Shown here: piece after piece, positions 24,379-37,225 of the stretch
How the letters are laid out: every line of letters begins with the position of its first letter
Numbering within the stretch: position 1 is the first letter of the stretch
From: Mobula hypostoma
Lineage: Eukaryota
Assembly (NCBI RefSeq): GCF_963921235.1
Contig: NC_086097.1
Location: 191,458,001-191,522,000 of the forward strand
Length of the DNA stretch: 64,000 nucleotides
Direction of reading: 5' to 3'
Notes under the pieces: generated by a model
Databases searched by the model: none
Told to the model about the DNA's origin: nothing
The model's input: the letters and a program-made list of their open reading frames with translations, nothing else
Position numbers and translations under genes: made by a program

Positions 24379-25237
24379 TGCCCCCATGTATTGCCGCAAT
24401 CTTCCATGCCTGATATGAAATCCATTTGGATTGCGCACCAGAGGGGAATGAAGGGAATGCAAGTAGCCAGTGAATATACAACCTGTAAATATTAGATAAA
24501 CATCAGCTTCAACCTAAGACAATAACTCTGCTTCCCTGTCAACAAAATTACTAGATCAACAAGATGCAAGTCTAAAAAACTGTTTCACCGCCAATAATCT
24601 GAAGCAGAAATTCAGTTCTCTTCAAAAGCCGTACTCAAATCAGTTCTGATTATATCTTTTTCTCTTTATTTCATCTGGATTTTCCTCACCCATCTCATTT
24701 TTTGCTTTGCTTGCTGATTAAATTTGTCATTTTCTGCCCATGTCATCTTAAGTTGGAAATTAACCTTACTGGTGAGATAGGTAAAATACTGCAACTACCC
24801 TACAGAATCATGAAGAAATTATTAAATGTAATAAGTAGAAAGGGAAATTAAATGTAAGATTTTTCTGTATTGCTAGTTTAATTAAATTATTCCATATTAT
24901 ACTACGGCTTGTTGAGTATTTCTGTTGATATCTTATGGTAACCTATGACCCTTCAGTGTCAGTTTGAAATGTATCAACAAAAGCTAATAAGATTCTAAAA
25001 AAGGTAGAAAAATAATAATATCCTGCATGTAAATATCAAAATGAAAAATAGTAAAGGACATTAAATCATACAAAGACAATGTAGAGGTGAAACCAGAAAT
25101 AACTTGAGGAAAACACAAAATTATTTTAGAGAAATGATTCCAGAAAATAATAAAACTAAAGCTTTGTATTTCCATCAATATGACTGCAATATGCTAGCAA
25201 TATATTCAGCAATCTCAAAATAATTATTTACTGGTTT

Positions 25238-26402
25238 CATCATCATCATCATCATCATTATCATTATGTGTCGTGTCATATGACGGAGGCGATCATGGAT
25301 GTGATATACACCTGAACCTGATCATTAAATTTGCTGATGATACCACAGTAGTGGGGCTTATCAGCAAAAATGATGAAACGATTTACAGGGAGGAGGTCAA
25401 ACACCGAGAGAGCTGGTGCAGTGATAACAACTTGATGCTTAATGTCACCAAAACCAAGGAGATGATCGGCAATTTCAGACGGTCTCAGCCTGAGCACACA
25501 CCCCTCAGCATCAGCGGCTCCACAGTGGAGAGAGCAGAAAACATCAAGTTCCTTGGGGTGCAGATCTCGGACAATCTCACCTGGTCCAGGAACACCACTG
25601 GGATTGTGAAACGGGCCCAGCAGAGATTGCACTTTCTGAGGAAGCTTAAACAAGCATCACTCCCCACTAACATCTTAACTGCATTCTGCAGAGGTGTGGT
25701 TGTGTGCTGACCTTTTGCATCACAACTTGGTACTCCAGCTGCAGTGCTGTCGACAAAAAAGCCTTGCGGAGGGTGGTTAGGGGAGCAGAGAAGGTTACTG
25801 GGGTCTCCCTACCTTCTGTCCAAGTCCTCTTTTAGAGTCGATGCCTCCAGAAGACACGGTACATCATTAAAAACCCCTCACCACCCTCTCCATGAACTGT
25901 TTGTTCTTCTGCCATCAGGCAAATGTTACCGGAGCATCAAAACTAAAACCACAAGGCTACTAAACAGCTTCCTCCCACAGGCAGTCAGACTGCTAAATAG
26001 CTGCTCTACCTGACTCTGCTTTTGGACACTTTTAACTTGCACTGGACACTTATAACTTGATTTTAACTGGCATGTGGCTGTTGTGTTTTACTATTTATTG
26101 TTATATTTATTATTTAATGTTGCGTTTGTTATGTTATGATTGCACTGCTCCTGGGAAATGCTGTCTCATTCTGCCCTGCAGAGCTGATGTACGGTTAGAA
26201 TGACAATAAAGTTTTTTGAATCTTTTGAATCTTGCATCAGCTGTTCATACGACCATCCACCATCTGCTCCCATGGCTTTGTGTGACCCTGATCGGTGGGC
26301 TAAGCAAGTGCTATACCTTACACAAGGGTGACCTACAGACTAATGGAGGGAATGAGCGCCTTACACCTCCTTTGGCAGAGATGTATCTCTAGCCCACCAC
26401 CC
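25238..26402 (-). mobile_element. Short RTE-related non-autonomous element, (TGA)n tail, interrupted by a Rex/Babar LINE
   Basis: (cat)n at about 25238-25265 followed by gtgtcgtgtcatatgac..gcgatcatgg (RTE-like 3' end on the minus strand); the presumed 5' part resumes at about 26233-26402. Confidence 0.55.
25300..26232 (+). mobile_element. 5'-truncated Rex/Babar-type LINE
   Basis: IKFADDTTVVGLI, WCSDNNLMLNVTKTKEM, KFLGV, LHFLRKL; tail aataaa..(ttttgaatc)n. Confidence 0.9.
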
Positions 26403-26937
26403 ATGCTTCAGCCCTCCATATCACCACTAACTCCACCAGAGGGCTACCCTCTAAGATATCTGCATTCCTAATTTTTTCAATTAAGGAGGGAATGTACATA
26501 GTATTGATAAGGTGAAGAGGTTTCTCTCTCAGTTTCTGAGGTAAAGGATTAATTAATAAATATATTTCTCTTTGACCTCAGATCAGACTATGTGAGTGAT
26601 TCTGTTGTCCCACAATATTCTTTAGTTGACCACTTATCACCTGGGAATAGGCCATACGCCTACATGGGTGAAAATGTCTCTTTGCAACTCCTGGCACTTA
26701 AGAAATGGTGCACTTGAAGGAAGAATGACCATCCTAGAGCATTTCAGCAGTAAATATTATGTCTGTTCAGGGTTCACTAGTCAACATGTTACGAAAAACT
26801 CAATGTCAATCGCTGTCAAATCTTAAAACAATCTTGAAATGCTTCAGTGCTGCAGATTGTATAGAGACCTCTGCTTACATTCAAGTAGTTTGCTGCGCAC
26901 TCACAGAATCTTGATTTACATGATCTACTGAAGTTTT

Positions 26938-27470
26938 GCAGAATCAGATTTAATATCACTAGCACATGATGTGAAATTTGTTTTTATGCGGCAACAGTAC
27001 ATTGAAATATATAATAAGAAAAACTGTAATTTACAGAAAGTTGAGTGCGTGCCTTCAAGTTCCTGTACCACCTCACTGATGGTAGCAATAAGAATGGGTG
27101 ATGGGTGCTGCCTTTTTGAGGCATTCTCCTTGAAGATGTCCTGGATACTAGGACGTCTTGTGCCCATGATGGAGCTGACTAAGTTTACAACTCTCTCCAG
27201 CTTATTTCAATCCTGTGAAGTGCACCCCACCACCTGCCCCCCTCCCACCATACCAGAAGGTGATGCAACCAGTCTGAATGCTCACAACAGTACATCTGTA
27301 GAAATCTGCAAGTGTCTTTGGTGACATATCAAATCCCCTTAAGCTCCAAATGAAATATAGCTGCTATTGCGCCTTCTTTGTAGCTGTGTCGATATGTTGG
27401 CCCAGGATACATCCTCAGTGATGTTGACACCCAGGGACTCGGAACTGCTCACCATTCCCACTTCTGACTG
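26938..27470 (-). mobile_element. Rex/Babar-type LINE 3' fragment
   Basis: cagaatcagatttaatatcact tail plus sequence homologous to the reverse of 18430-18850. Confidence 0.8.
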
Positions 27471-27719
27471 GTACGTGTTCTACCAACAATTTTGAGAAGT
27501 ACAATGGTAAAACAAATCATGCAAACCAATAACTAGATGGTGCATTTTCTTTCACTAGACCGAGATCCCACCAAAGACCAAGTAGTATGTGGTTGATAGT
27601 TAAAGGAATGGAAATAAAGCAAGAATTGCTATAGGGTGATGTAAATTTCAAAGTCTCTGAACCTAGAAGTAGAGTTTACCAAGGCTGAAGCAAAAAGATA
27701 TTATGATGTTAAATGTTAT

Positions 27720-28828
27720 TGTCATAGCCCGGTCCGTGAAGTCCATGTTCTGGTTCACGTTCCGGTCCATTGTTCCTTGTTCTGAGGTTTCTGGTTTTCC
27801 CCAATTTCTGTTGTAGGCACATGTTTCTCGTTTTGGGGCTGAGACATAAATACTTCTGCAAACCAGGGATTCCCTGCTGGACTGTTCTGTTCCCCTCCTC
27901 TTGCTCACCTAGCCTGGGTATCCACCTGTATTGCTGAAGTCTTACTGCTGGAGCAAGACTGGAGCCTTGTTAGGTCAAGATAAGGAACTGTCTTTTGTTT
28001 TGTGGAATTGTCTCACTGTGTCCATGCCTTTGCTAGGTAGGTCCGGCTGTTTGCTGCCACCTAGTGTTGGGAAATGTCTCTGTGTCATTGCCTTCGCCAG
28101 GTGGGTCCGGCCATTTGCCACCACCTAGGGTTGGGATCTATCTGTGTCCTTGCCTTCGCTAAGTGGGTCCGGCCGTTTGCCATCACCTTGTGTTCAGATC
28201 CATCTCTTCATGTTCAGTGTTCTGTGTATGAGTCCTGGCCCTACGTCCTGTTCCCAAGGAGGGGTCCCAGCTCTGGGCTCTGTGTTTCGTGCTTCTGTCT
28301 CTCCTGGTCCAAGGCTCCATGCTCCTGAAGGCCCTTGTCCAGTCCGTGCCTAGTCCAGTCCTATCCGAATCCTGTCCATATGCCTTTACCTGTCCTGTGT
28401 CTCGCCCTACCCAGGAGTTCCACACCCAAGCCATGTCCAGTCCTGTAGCCTCGCCTTGTCCTCGCCTAGTTCTAGAGTATGAGCCTGATTCAAGTCCCAG
28501 GTTCTGGGTCCTTGCCCAGTCTCTGGCTCGGAGTCCATACTCCAGCCTGCAGGTCTCAAGACCAAGACCCCAGCCTGTCTCCAAGCCTCAAGTCCCAAGA
28601 CCAAGACCCCAGCCTCCAGTCCTGCAGTCATGTCATGTCCACGCCTGGTTCTGGGGCCCAAGCCTGAGGCAAGACCCAGCTTCTAGGTCCTTGAAGCCCT
28701 AGTCTGCATTCTTTTCCGTGCTCCTTGTCTGTATCCTGTCACATCCCTACTCTAGTCAAGTCCTGTTCCATGTACTTCAGTGTCTTTGTGTTGCATTTGG
28801 CTCCGTTCCCAATGCCCCCATTGTGACA
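27720..28828 (+). mobile_element. Solo LTR-like element (~1.1 kb) with internal tandem repeats
   Basis: Ends TGTCATA...TGTGACA; flanks gttat/attat (5-bp TSD, 1 mismatch); ~63-bp repeat at 28027, 28091 and 28153. Confidence 0.75.
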
Positions 28829-28834
28829 ATTATG

Positions 28835-29059
28835 TGTTGTAACTCCAGAAACTAATCAAAAGAAAAGCTTTGGAATTGGGAAAGGGGACTACTTAGTTTT
28901 ACTTTCTTTAGTGAGGCACGCACAAATGACGTGGTGTTAGAATGACCTATACCATTCACATACTTCTCACATATAAACCGTAATGAATTTTGTAAACAAA
29001 CAAGAATGCTTAATCAAACAATATATTTACAAAATTACTGAAATGTTGAATACACAACA
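28835..29059 (-). mobile_element. 3' LTR of a Gypsy element
   Basis: tgttgt...acaaca termini; adjacent ctcctccct (29060-29068) is the polypurine tract on the minus strand. Confidence 0.8.
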
Positions 29060-29244
29060 CTCCTCCCTGCTTAGCTATAAACTCCAAATCAATAGTGAAT
29101 GCATCTCAACTCAAATATATAACACATTGTTCTCTAGTCATATACAGTATACTATATAATACAGCTACTATATGGACATCCACAGCACAGTAATTTTAAA
29201 TTGTACCATTCAGGTCTAAAGATTTAATAGATGTGGAGGATTTC

Positions 29245-29790
29245 TTAACTTGTGGGATAATGTCTTTCTTGACAAGGGGTGGGGGTGGGGGTGTTCACTC
29301 TGTTTGGCAGGTGAGACTTGTGGCTGTGAGACAATCTCAGGATCTCAGGCTCCAGAGCCTCCTCCATAGTGGTTGTAGGAGTTGACTCTGGGACTGTGGG
29401 AAGTGGTTCTGACAGCTGACTTTTCTTCTCTAACAACTGAGTCTTCTTTCCTGAACTGAGCAATATAACTTCTCCATATGATATTAGACACAACCTCTAC
29501 TGTGTAAGAGAATGGTCCAGTTCTGTCTTTAATCTTTCCGAGTACCCACTTTTGATCACGTCTGTAGTCCCTCACTGTGACTGCTTACCCAATGGTGAAC
29601 CTCCTTGTTTGAGAAGCCCTCAACTGTCTCAGCTATCTGTCCTGCATACTCCTACTGAGATTGGGTTTGAGGACATCCAAGTGTGAGCACAAGGGATGAC
29701 CCAGGAACAGCATAGCTGGCGATTTGTTGTTTGTGGAATGTGCTGCATTGTGATAGGCAAAGAGAAATTGGTGAGCTTCTGATTCAGTGG
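29245..29790 (-). pseudogene. Ty3/Gypsy integrase C-terminal region, frameshifted
   Basis: FLFAYHNAAHST..KSPAMLFLG.PL...LD.LKP and VRDYR..QKW..GKI...TGP.SY.V are Gypsy integrase C-terminal motifs. Confidence 0.85.
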
Positions 29791-29854
29791 CAGTGATATG
29801 TGTTCTGCTGACTTTTCTCACAGGTTTGTCCACATGAATTCAGATTCTGGACTA

Positions 29855-30895
29855 CCCTTTCTGCTTTCCGCGGGGGGGTGGGGGAGGGAAGGATCCCACC
29901 ACCAAGCATTCTCTGTAGCTTCCGCCGCCTCCAACATCTTTCCTTCCCCCACTCTTTCTGCTTTCCGCAGGGATCGCTTCCTACGTGACTCCCTTGTCCA
30001 TTCGTCCCCCTCATCCCTTCCTACCGATCTCCCTCCCGGAACTTATCCTTGTAAGCGGAACAAGTGCTACACATGCCCTTACACATCCCCCCTCACCACC
30101 ATTCAGGGCCCCAGACAGTCCTTCCAGGTGAGGCGACACTTCACCTGTGAGTTTGCTGGGGTGATATACTGCGTCCGGTGCTCCCGATGTGGCCTTCTAT
30201 ATATTGGCGAGACCCTATGCAGACTGGGACACCATTTCGCTGAACACCTACACTCTGTCCACCAGAGAAAGCAGGATCTCCAGTGACCACACATTTTGAT
30301 TCCACGTCCCATTCCCATTCTGATATGTCTATCTATGGCCTCCTCTACTGTAAAGATGAAGCCACACTCAGGTTGGAGGAACAACACCCTGTATTCCGTC
30401 TGGGTAGCCTCCAACCTGATGGCGTAAATATTGACTTCTCTAACCTCCGTTAATGCCATTCTTCCCCTTCTTACCCCATCCCTTATTTATTTATTATTTT
30501 AAAATTATTTTTCCCCTTTCTTTCTCTCTTTTCTCCCTCTGTCATTTTCACTATATCTTCCTCTGGTACTCCCCTCCCCCTTTCTTTCTCCCTAGGCCTC
30601 CCATCCCATGATTCTCTCCCTTCTCCAGCCTTGTATCCCTTTTGCCAATCAACTCTCCAGCTCTTAGCTCCATCCCTCCCCCTCCTGTCTTCCCCTATCA
30701 TTTCGGATCTCCCCCTCCCCTTCCCACTTTGAAATCTTTTACTATTTCTTCTTTCAGTTAGTCCTGACGAAGGGTCTCGGCCTGAAACTTCGACTGTACC
30801 TCTTCCTATAGATGCTGCCTGGCCTGCTGTGTTCCACCAACATTTTATGTGTGTTGCCTGAATTTCCAGCATCTGCAGATTTCCTCTTGTTTGCG
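29855..30895 (+). mobile_element. PLE 3' portion: GIY-YIG endonuclease and pseudo-LTR
   Basis: C....C.TC, FTC...GVIYCVRCSRCGLLYIGET..RL...F.EH, then LRLEEQH..FRLGSLQPDG.N, followed by the pLTR ending ..ttgtttg. Confidence 0.92.
30760..30795 (+). ncRNA. Minimal type-I hammerhead ribozyme motif
   Basis: agtc CTGACGA agg gtctcgg cct GAAA ct tc gact: intact core, UUC triplet. Confidence 0.7.
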
Positions 30896-31261
30896 AAATG
30901 AATGAACACAGTCAGTTTTGGATCAATTTCAGAGCAAGGTCTTTAAGCGGACGTTAGGCAGTGTATAAACACATCCAAGGAGCTTGGTCTAGTTACAGTG
31001 GCTTTAGAAAAACCTGATTACCAATATAATGTTCAAGGGTGATCTTCATAAAGTAGGTTCAGTTTCATAAACATGTAACTTTCTGCCTCAAACAAATGAT
31101 TGAGACTAGCTCTAATTTAGCTTCTCTCTGGGTATCTTGGATATTTTACAAAGAAGTCTGATGGTCTTTATAGTGTACATAGCAGTAACATGCCACTGCA
31201 AATGTTTTGTCAAAAGGACATCAATCTGATTAAAAAAAAAGAAGCATTGTGCTGTTAAATA

Positions 31262-31402
31262 GAGACACAGGAAACCTTAGATGCTGGAAATGTGGAGCTA
31301 CTCCACCTGAAAGGATCGCGACCTGAAATAGCAATTGTTGATTTCCCTCCATAGATACTGCCTGACCCATTGAATTCCTCCACCTTTTTGTGCTGCATTG
31401 GA
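31262..31402. mobile_element. Old short PLE pLTR insertion with inverted 5' piece
   Basis: agatgctggaaat (reverse orientation) joined to gacctgaaa...ccatagatactgcctgacc (forward orientation). Confidence 0.6.
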
Positions 31403-32059
31403 TTGTTGAATTTCAGGTTGAATTAAAGAAAATCGGTGAAAGATTAATGTGATTTTGATAATGCTTTTTGTACATTGCAGAGTATCTGTGACAGGGTGCT
31501 CTGTGCAAGTCATCCTGGTAAACAAATAATCTGTTTCCACATTTATTCAAATACTATCATTTGCTGTTTTCCTGGGTGACCTTGTGATTGCTTCTCTCAT
31601 TAATATGCAGAGTTGCTTATCCACTTTCTGTATCATGATGTATTACATAGAGTTTGAACAAATAAACATCTGTTACTTATTTCAATTTACAAGTGATTAA
31701 CATGCAATCAGTGAAATAGATGTTACACAGGGGTGATAAAACTGCACAATTGCAGTATTGTACATTGTATATTACCAACATGGCATATTGAAGATCCTTG
31801 ATTCTTAAATTACTGCAAGATATGGTTACAATTAAGAACTTCTGTCAGGATAATTGTCATATATTACTTATTTACAATAAAAACTTGTTTTATTATGTTA
31901 CCTGCATCTTCACAAATATATCATATTTATTTATGTATAATAACTTGATTGAAATTTCTCTGTTCATAACTGATCTTACAGAAAAATTGGGTAATATATA
32001 AAATCAAATTTGTAGGTTGCATTTCTTGATTTACTAGAAATTACAGCTAGCCCTTGAAT

Positions 32060-32471
32060 CCCATCCCCTATTGTATTTATTTATTCATTTATTTCCACCA
32101 CCCTCCCCCTTTTTCTCTCTCTCTTTCCCTCTCACAATCACTGCTTGCCTGCTCTCCACCTTCCTCTGGTGCTCATCCCCCGCTTTCTTTCTCCTATGTC
32201 TCCAGCTCCGTTTCCCTTAAGCCAATCTACTTCCCAGCTCTTAGCTCCATCCCTCCCCCTCCTGTCTTCTCCTATCATTTCGGATCTCCCCCTCCCCCTC
32301 CCTCTTTCAAATCTCTTACTACCTCTTCTTTCAGTTAGTCCTGACAGAGGGTCTCGGCCCGAAACGTTGACGGTACCTCTTCCTATAGATGCTGCCTGGC
32401 CTGCTGCGTTCACCAGCATTTTGTGTATGTTGCTTGAATTTTCAGCACCTGCAGATTTTCTCGTGTTTGCG
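32060..32471 (+). mobile_element. PLE pseudo-LTR/3' fragment
   Basis: Highly similar to 30600-30895 and 62760-62975; the hammerhead core is altered to CTGACAG at 32341. Confidence 0.88.
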
Positions 32472-32540
32472 GCAAAAATATTATTGCTTTTCTCATTTTT
32501 TCACAAAAGTTGTTGATTCTAATCTGGACATATTTTATTT

Positions 32541-32552
32541 TATATATATATA

Positions 32553-32585
<33 letters not shown>
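32541..32585 (+). repeat. (TA)n(GT)n microsatellite
   Basis: Direct reading. Confidence 0.95.
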
Positions 32586-32586
<1 letters not shown>

Positions 32587-33482
32587 TCTAGAGAATTCTT
32601 CCCTATTTAAATGGAGGAAAGGAGTGAATCATTGAACTCATGCTGATTCTTGGTCAAGCAGGCCAGTCCGATTCCCTTAACCTTTCCCTTTATCCCTGCA
32701 GGTTATCACCCCTTGGACTCCATTTTCACCAGTCATTGAATTCCACATTGTAACTGCTTGCTGTGTAAAGATGTTATCCTCATATCCCCCAGTCTCTTCA
32801 GCATGATGTTATTGGCATGTATCACTTTAAATACATCTCAATAGCACTTATTATCCTTTCTAAACTTGCTATTAACTCAGTCAACTCTTTACTCACCATC
32901 TCGTATTAATGACATATAACTTAACCTTGGCAGAGTTTGATGGTAATTTAGTCATATATTCCCTTCTTGAATGAGTAAATGTGATGACTGTTTTTTGGGA
33001 TTCACTGACATTGTTAGATATCTGCTGGCCCAAACTTTCTTATAGCTAATTATAACTGCCCTATATTATTGCTAGGTATGTCTAGAGTCATATGAGATAA
33101 TGACCTTGCCAGTTTTGATTTTTCAGTCTAAGTGGGGATTGAATCCCAAATATGACAAATAAAGCAAAGGCATCAAAGTGAGATTTATTTTACCTAGCCA
33201 CCACTATTGTGAGTCTGTCTACACATCCCAACTTGATAGCTTGTAAAAGCTGCATCTGTCAATCAAGAACACTGAATGTGACAGAAAAGCATAAAAAACA
33301 TGGGATTTAGCAACAGGAATAGGTCACATAGCCTTTCAAGCCTGTTCCACCACTCCATAAAATTATGATTAATCTGATCATTGTCCTCAATCTTCCTTTC
33401 ATTCTTTTACATTCAAAAAATCTACCTATTGCAACCACGATTATGAGAATATGCAACTTGTGAAAACAAGCGTTGTTTGTAA

Positions 33483-33810
33483 GGTGTTTCTATGTTCTCC
33501 CCGTGACTGTGTGGCTTTCCTCTGGGTGTTTCTATGTTCTTCCCATGACTGTATGGCCTTCCTCTAGGTGTTTCTATGTTCTCCGCGTGACTGTGTGGCC
33601 TTCCTCTGGGTGTTTCTATGTTCTCCCCGTGACTGTGTAGTTTTCCTCTGGGTGCTCCGGTTTCCTCCTACAGTCCTGCGACATACGGGTTGATAAGTTA
33701 ATCGGTCATTACAAATTGTCCTGTGATTAGGCTAGGATTAAATCAGGGGTTTCTCAACGGTGCAGCCCGAAGGGCCTATTCCGCATTATGTCTCAGTAAA
33801 TAAATAAATC
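33483..33810 (+). mobile_element. HE1/V-type SINE fragment with a 42-bp core segment in four tandem copies
   Basis: Units start at 33483, 33525, 33567 and 33609, then continue into ggtgctccggtttcctcc (SINE core) and a taaa tail. Confidence 0.8.
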
Positions 33811-33814
33811 AATA

Positions 33815-34535
33815 GCTGTGCCCAATACTTCAGGTGTGACCTTGCCAATGTCTTATATAACTGCAACATAACTTTGCAAATCACATATTAAATGTCATGA
33901 TTGATAAAGGGCAGCATGCCAAGCAACTTATTCACCAATCTATTGACCTGTGATGCCACTTTCAGCAAGCTATGTGCTTGCTCTTCTAGGACCCTCTGTT
34001 CCATAACTCTCCCCAGTGATCTACAATTCCCTGAATGGTTTGATTTTCCAAAACATAATATCTCATACGTATCTGGATTGGAAGCCAATTACCAATCCTC
34101 AGCCCACATACTTGGTTGATCAAGATCCCCATGTAATTTTTCATAGCCTTCTACATTATTTACAACACCACCTATTTTAGCATAATATACACACTTACTA
34201 ACCTTGTCTTATACATGTACATCTACTGTATATTGTTTATATAAATTACAAACAACAAAGTTCCTAGCATTGACCACTGTGACACACTACTTCACATGGG
34301 CAGTCAGTCCAAGAAACAACATTCAACCATCATTCTTTGCTTCCAACACTGAGCTAATTATGCATTCAATCCACAATCTTGCACTGAAGCCCATGCAACC
34401 ACACCTTTAGACCAGCCTGCCATGAGCGATCTTGTCAAAGACCTTGCTAAAGTCCATATCGACAACATCCACTACCCTACCCTGATTTAGCTTCTTGGTT
34501 GCCTTCTTGAAGAACGCCAAGAGATTTGTTAGACT
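33815..34535 (-). mobile_element. Degenerate CR1 RT fragment
   Basis: Minus ORF HSLLKVASQVNR.V.K..GML.FI; cttgtcaaagaccttgctaaagtccat is the reverse of MDFSKVFDK. Confidence 0.8.
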
Positions 34536-34829
34536 AGTGGAAGCTTGGAGTGCTGAAGCTCCTCAAGCAGACCCCATTCTATTTTGACATTCCTTCCTTC
34601 AATGTTGGTAAAACTCATTCTGCAACTCTTCAGTACCTGTATCTTTCAGACAAGTAGATGCCTAATAACATGCAAGGATTTGTTAAATGACAGTAAATGT
34701 AAATGGGTCATTTTCATCTGCTCTCAGCTGTTGCTAATGAAATGCCGTCAGATCTGGAAGAAGGAGTTGGGGGATGTGGTTGGACAGGAACACTACAGAT
34801 AGTGTAGCTGTCTCATGGATCAATATTGA

Positions 34830-35110
34830 CCTTCAATACTGTACGTGTAGAACTTGCAAGTTCTCCTTGTGGCCAGTTTCCCTGGTGTCCTGAGTTCCTT
34901 CTACAGCCCATGAATGAAATCTGTGGCTTGTTTGGCTCATTGTAAACGATAAATTATCCCTAGTGCAGGTTATTTGTGAGTGAATCAGAGGAGTGTTAAT
35001 GGGCGTATGTGAGCGAATGGGGACAGGGAAATATGTGGGGAAACAAGATTGACTGGATTGCTGCAAGAGCTGATATAGAATCAGTATGCAAAAAAAGTCT
35101 CTTCCTATGC
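34830..35110 (+). mobile_element. Degenerate HE1-like SINE
   Basis: gtagaacttgcaagttctccttgtg...tttccctgg..tcc..aaattatccctagtg core. Confidence 0.55.
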
Positions 35111-35327
35111 CTTAAGTAAATATGAGAAGTCAGTGCTGGAACTTTGGTTACTTGTGACCTAATTATTAATGTCTGAGATAAAAGGGCTGAGTCTGACACA
35201 TTTACATCACATCTATATGAGATAAATTCAAAGGGCTGTTTGTTTTTTAATCCCTCCCAGTTTTAGGCCTGTTGCCATGCGTGGGTTTCAGTGTCTTTCA
35301 TCCAAATTTTGTGCCTCTGCTGGGGTA

Positions 35328-35760
35328 TCAGAATCAAGTTTATTATCACCAGCATGGGTTGTGAAATTTGTTAACTTAGCAGCAGTAGTTCGATGCAATA
35401 TATGATAATGTAGAAACAGAAAAAAATAAATTGTCGTGAGAGAGAGTGTGTGTGTGTGTGTGTTGAGTAGTTTAAAAATAGTGCAAAAACAGAAATAATA
35501 TATATCAAAAAGTAAGGTAGTGTTCGGGGGTTCAATTTCCATTTAAGGGTCATATGGCAGAGGGGAAGAAATTGTTCCTGAATCTTTAAGTGTGTGCCTT
35601 CAGACTTCGGTACCTCCCTCCTGATGGTAACAATGAGAAGAGGGCATGTCCTGGGTGATTGGGGTCCTTAATAATGGATGTCATCTTTCTGAGGTACCAC
35701 CACTTGAAGATGTCTTGGATACAATGGAGACTAGTAACCAAGATAGATCTGACTGATTTC
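35328..35760 (-). mobile_element. Rex/Babar-type LINE 3' fragment
   Basis: Minus ORF IIKDPNHPGHALFSLLPSGGRYRSLKAHT and atcagaatc tail. Confidence 0.85.
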
Positions 35761-36164
35761 CCTCTTTTCACTGCTCATAATCAAATCATAGAAATGTGAT
35801 AGAGCAATGATATATTCTGTAACCATTCATACATTCCAGGAACATGTCTGGCTGAAATGGGTGAGCAGATCAGGTCCTTAATTCACAAGCAATCCATGAT
35901 CTTAGTCACGGAATTACCGGAAGTTTAATAACACCCGATGATTTAAACCAGTGTCACACAATTGTGGCGAGGGCTAACATCTGAAATGAATTCTATTAGT
36001 TAGAATTGTCAGGAGTTCTCATGGAAATTTGAAAGCTTGCTTCTTACTCAAATATTCCTCCAGGTTTTTCATTGGTCTGACTTGCAAGTGTATTATGAAT
36101 CCCTCGTCCTCACCAGGTCTACAGCATACCCTACAATTTACTAGATATGAGTGTACTTCGAGTG

Positions 36165-36325
36165 GAGAGTGTTAGGTTTCTTTATTAGTAAGGGTATTAA
36201 AAGTTACAAGGAGAAGGCAGGAAAATGGGGTTGAGGGGGATGCTAAATCTGTCATAACTGAACAGCAGAACAGCCTCAAAGTGTTGAACAGGCAAATTCT
36301 GCTCTAAGATTTTATTGTCTTATAC
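36165..36325 (+). mobile_element. CR1 3' end remnant
   Basis: aagggtattaaaagttacaaggagaaggcagg..tggggttgag..aattctgctc matches the CR1 3' end pattern. Confidence 0.6.
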
Positions 36326-37225
36326 CATTATAGGGGACTTTCACTAATAGTTCAAAAATGCATTTATCATGATAATCTTGAGGGAAATTAGGAAATGACA
36401 GTAAATAACAGTCCTATTAGAAGAGCCTTCACAGATTAAAAGATAATTGAAAATAAATGTTATGTGTTTTTGTGGATTGTCCTTGTTGGATTGTTCAGTG
36501 CTGAAGTTATTCTTTCATTGATAATTCCATTTTCAGATAATCCTTTAATCTCATTCACAGAGTGGGATTACTTACCCAGCCTGGAACTGGAGTTTCTGAG
36601 GAAAGAAGACAGACAGATAAAATTGCATTGGTATCACTTCAAAATTACTTCTCTTCATGCCTGTGGTCATGAACTCCGGAGTCAGATACACTCCCTTAAA
36701 ATATCAGAAAGGACCTGCTGCCACATTCAATGCTTTTCATGTTGGCAGGAATTCAACTGTGCCACCTTTATCAGCTTGACCTTCAGGAGGCTTTCAGCAC
36801 AGCTGTCTTATGCCCTTTGATACATCGCCAAAGTCATCTCTTGCAACCATAAGCCTTTCCTTTGCTCAATGTCCTTGGAGGTCTGCAGACACACAAAATT
36901 AATGATCGTTTGTAGCCACTGGAACCTCAAACACAAGCTATCTCTATTGCAAGGTCAACAACTCCCTCTACATTCTACAGGCAGGGCTCTGGACTCAACA
37001 AAGCTTAGATTTGGACAGCAATAATTTACACAGTGGAAGCAAACAGATAAAACACTAGAAAATAGAATTGGTTGAGGAGATGCATAGTCAGATGGGAAGC
37101 AGTGAGGCGGAGATAGGAAAGGTGGTACCAGTGGTTTATGCAGATCCAGGCGACTTCTTCCAGTTCATCCATCAGACAGCTTATTCTTCTTCTCATGTCT
37201 TTTTTTTTTCTTTTCAAAGATGTAG

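Noticed and set aside
33483..33650. CRISPR-like array
   Set aside because: Units are head-to-tail with no unique spacers, derive from a SINE core, and the context is eukaryotic with no cas genes.
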